The notes below the pieces were generated by a model. That model made no database searches, was not told the DNA's origin, and saw nothing but the letters and a program-made list of their open reading frames with translations. A stretch of DNA of 64,000 bases from an uncultured delta proteobacterium (lineage in GTDB: Bacteria; Desulfobacterota; Binatia; UBA9968). The translations under genes and the position numbers were made by a program. Positions 62,990 through 64,000 of this stretch are shown in pieces (position 1 is the first letter of the stretch; each line of letters opens with the position of its first letter). The DNA is taken from contig CAVSLC010000001.1 in the NCBI GenBank assembly GCA_963728565.1, positions 32,001 to 96,000 on the forward strand, in the 5' to 3' direction.

Positions 62990-64000
62990 ATGGCCGAGCT
63001 TACAGTCGTCGGGAAGCCAGTCACCCGTGTCGACGCAAACGAGAAAGTTACCGGGGAAGCAGTTTACGGATACGACCTGATCCTACCGAACATGCTCTAC
63101 GGCAAGACTCTATTCAGTCCCAAGGCACACGCCAGGATCAAGAAAATCAATACCGAAAAGGCTAAAAGCTATCCTGGTGTTGTCGCGGTCGTAACCGGCG
63201 CGGATGCGCCGTGGACGCATGGAGAAAGCATCAAAGATAAACCCTTCTTAGCTCACGACAAAGTTCGTTATATCGGTGAACCCGTTGCCGCTGTCGCTGC
63301 AGAAGACGAGGATACTGCGCAGGCCGCAGTAAAGCTGATCGAAGTGGAATACGAAGATTTACCGGTTTACGTGGATCCGGAGCAGGCGAGCAAAGCCGAC
63401 GCCACTGCCATTCACGAGGATTTTCCCAATTACCGTAAAGCTGAGTTCATCGTTCCCGGCGCGCATGCCAACGTCGCTGAACACTTCAAGCTTCGCACCG
63501 GCGATGTCGAGCAAGGCTTCAAAGAATCAGATCTTGTGTTGGACGAAAGATATTTTGTGCCGATGATCCAGCATGCCGCCATGGAACCGCATTCGGCTCA
63601 CGCCCAGTTCGATAAAGATAGCGGTCGTCTGACCATCTGGGTCGCCAACGACGCGCCGTTCCGCGCACTTAATGAACTTACCGAAGCGCTGGAGATGCCC
63701 AAAGAAAAAATTCGCCTCATCAACCCGCTTCAGGGCGGCGGGTTCGGTTCCAAAGGGGGCTTGAAGGTGGAGCCGATCGCCGTAGCGCTGGCGTTCCACA
63801 CCAACGGAAGACCGGTGCGCGTGAAGTTTAACCGCGAAGAAACCTTTATCTCGACATTGACCCGGCACGAGGCCGTCGTTTACTGCAAGACCGGCGTCAA
63901 AAAAGACGGCACGCTGATGGCGCGCGAAATGACGATCTACTGGGGCGCAGGTGCCTACGCTGAAAAGAGCCCGACGGTGTGCATCCGCGGCAGTTTACCC
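62990..64000 (+). CDS. Xanthine dehydrogenase family Mo-binding subunit, truncated at the right edge
   Basis: Manual translation MAELTVVGKPVTRVDANEKVTG...HAAMEPH...GGGFGSK...GAYA. Confidence 0.92.
   Translation, partial: MAELTVVGKPVTRVDANEKVTGEAVYGYDLILPNMLYGKTLFSPKAHARIKKINTEKAKSYPGVVAVVTGADAPWTHGESIKDKPFLAHDKVRYIGEPVAAVAAEDEDTAQAAVKLIEVEYEDLPVYVDPEQASKADATAIHEDFPNYRKAEFIVPGAHANVAEHFKLRTGDVEQGFKESDLVLDERYFVPMIQHAAMEPHSAHAQFDKDSGRLTIWVANDAPFRALNELTEALEMPKEKIRLINPLQGGGFGSKGGLKVEPIAVALAFHTNGRPVRVKFNREETFISTLTRHEAVVYCKTGVKKDGTLMAREMTIYWGAGAYAEKSPTVCIRGSLP

Overview
Bacterial chromosomal window, moderately GC-rich. Gene style and paralog families suggest a Deltaproteobacteria-like or Ca. Binatia-like genome, which is inference only. 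From left to right: (1) an oxalate/formyl-CoA module (ADP-forming acyl-CoA ligase, frc, Oxc/HACL-type ThDP enzyme, FadR regulator) divergent from a three-gene NAD-linked formate dehydrogenase; (2) a TctCBA transporter, an MBL-fold protein, a SagB-type oxidoreductase and NfeD-SPFH; (3) housekeeping genes (mutM, rsmA, tsaD, TPR lipoprotein, PBP1B, degP, GT9, cysK, larE, ispD, carD, rimI) and an unusual YfhL ferredoxin-membrane-Hsp20-like fusion; (4) tRNA-Cys carrying a ~7.2 kb decayed integrative element bounded by a 36-bp direct repeat; (5) grxC, coaE, efp, gdhA, HIT, two Rieske proteins, cysQ, pncA and others; (6) a GntR-associated catabolic region (UbiD, SDR, ABC components, cyclic amidohydrolase, xanthine-dehydrogenase-family genes). 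Many genes carry single-base frameshifts that may be sequencing or assembly errors. All calls come from reading the sequence and recognising motifs; no database searches were run.
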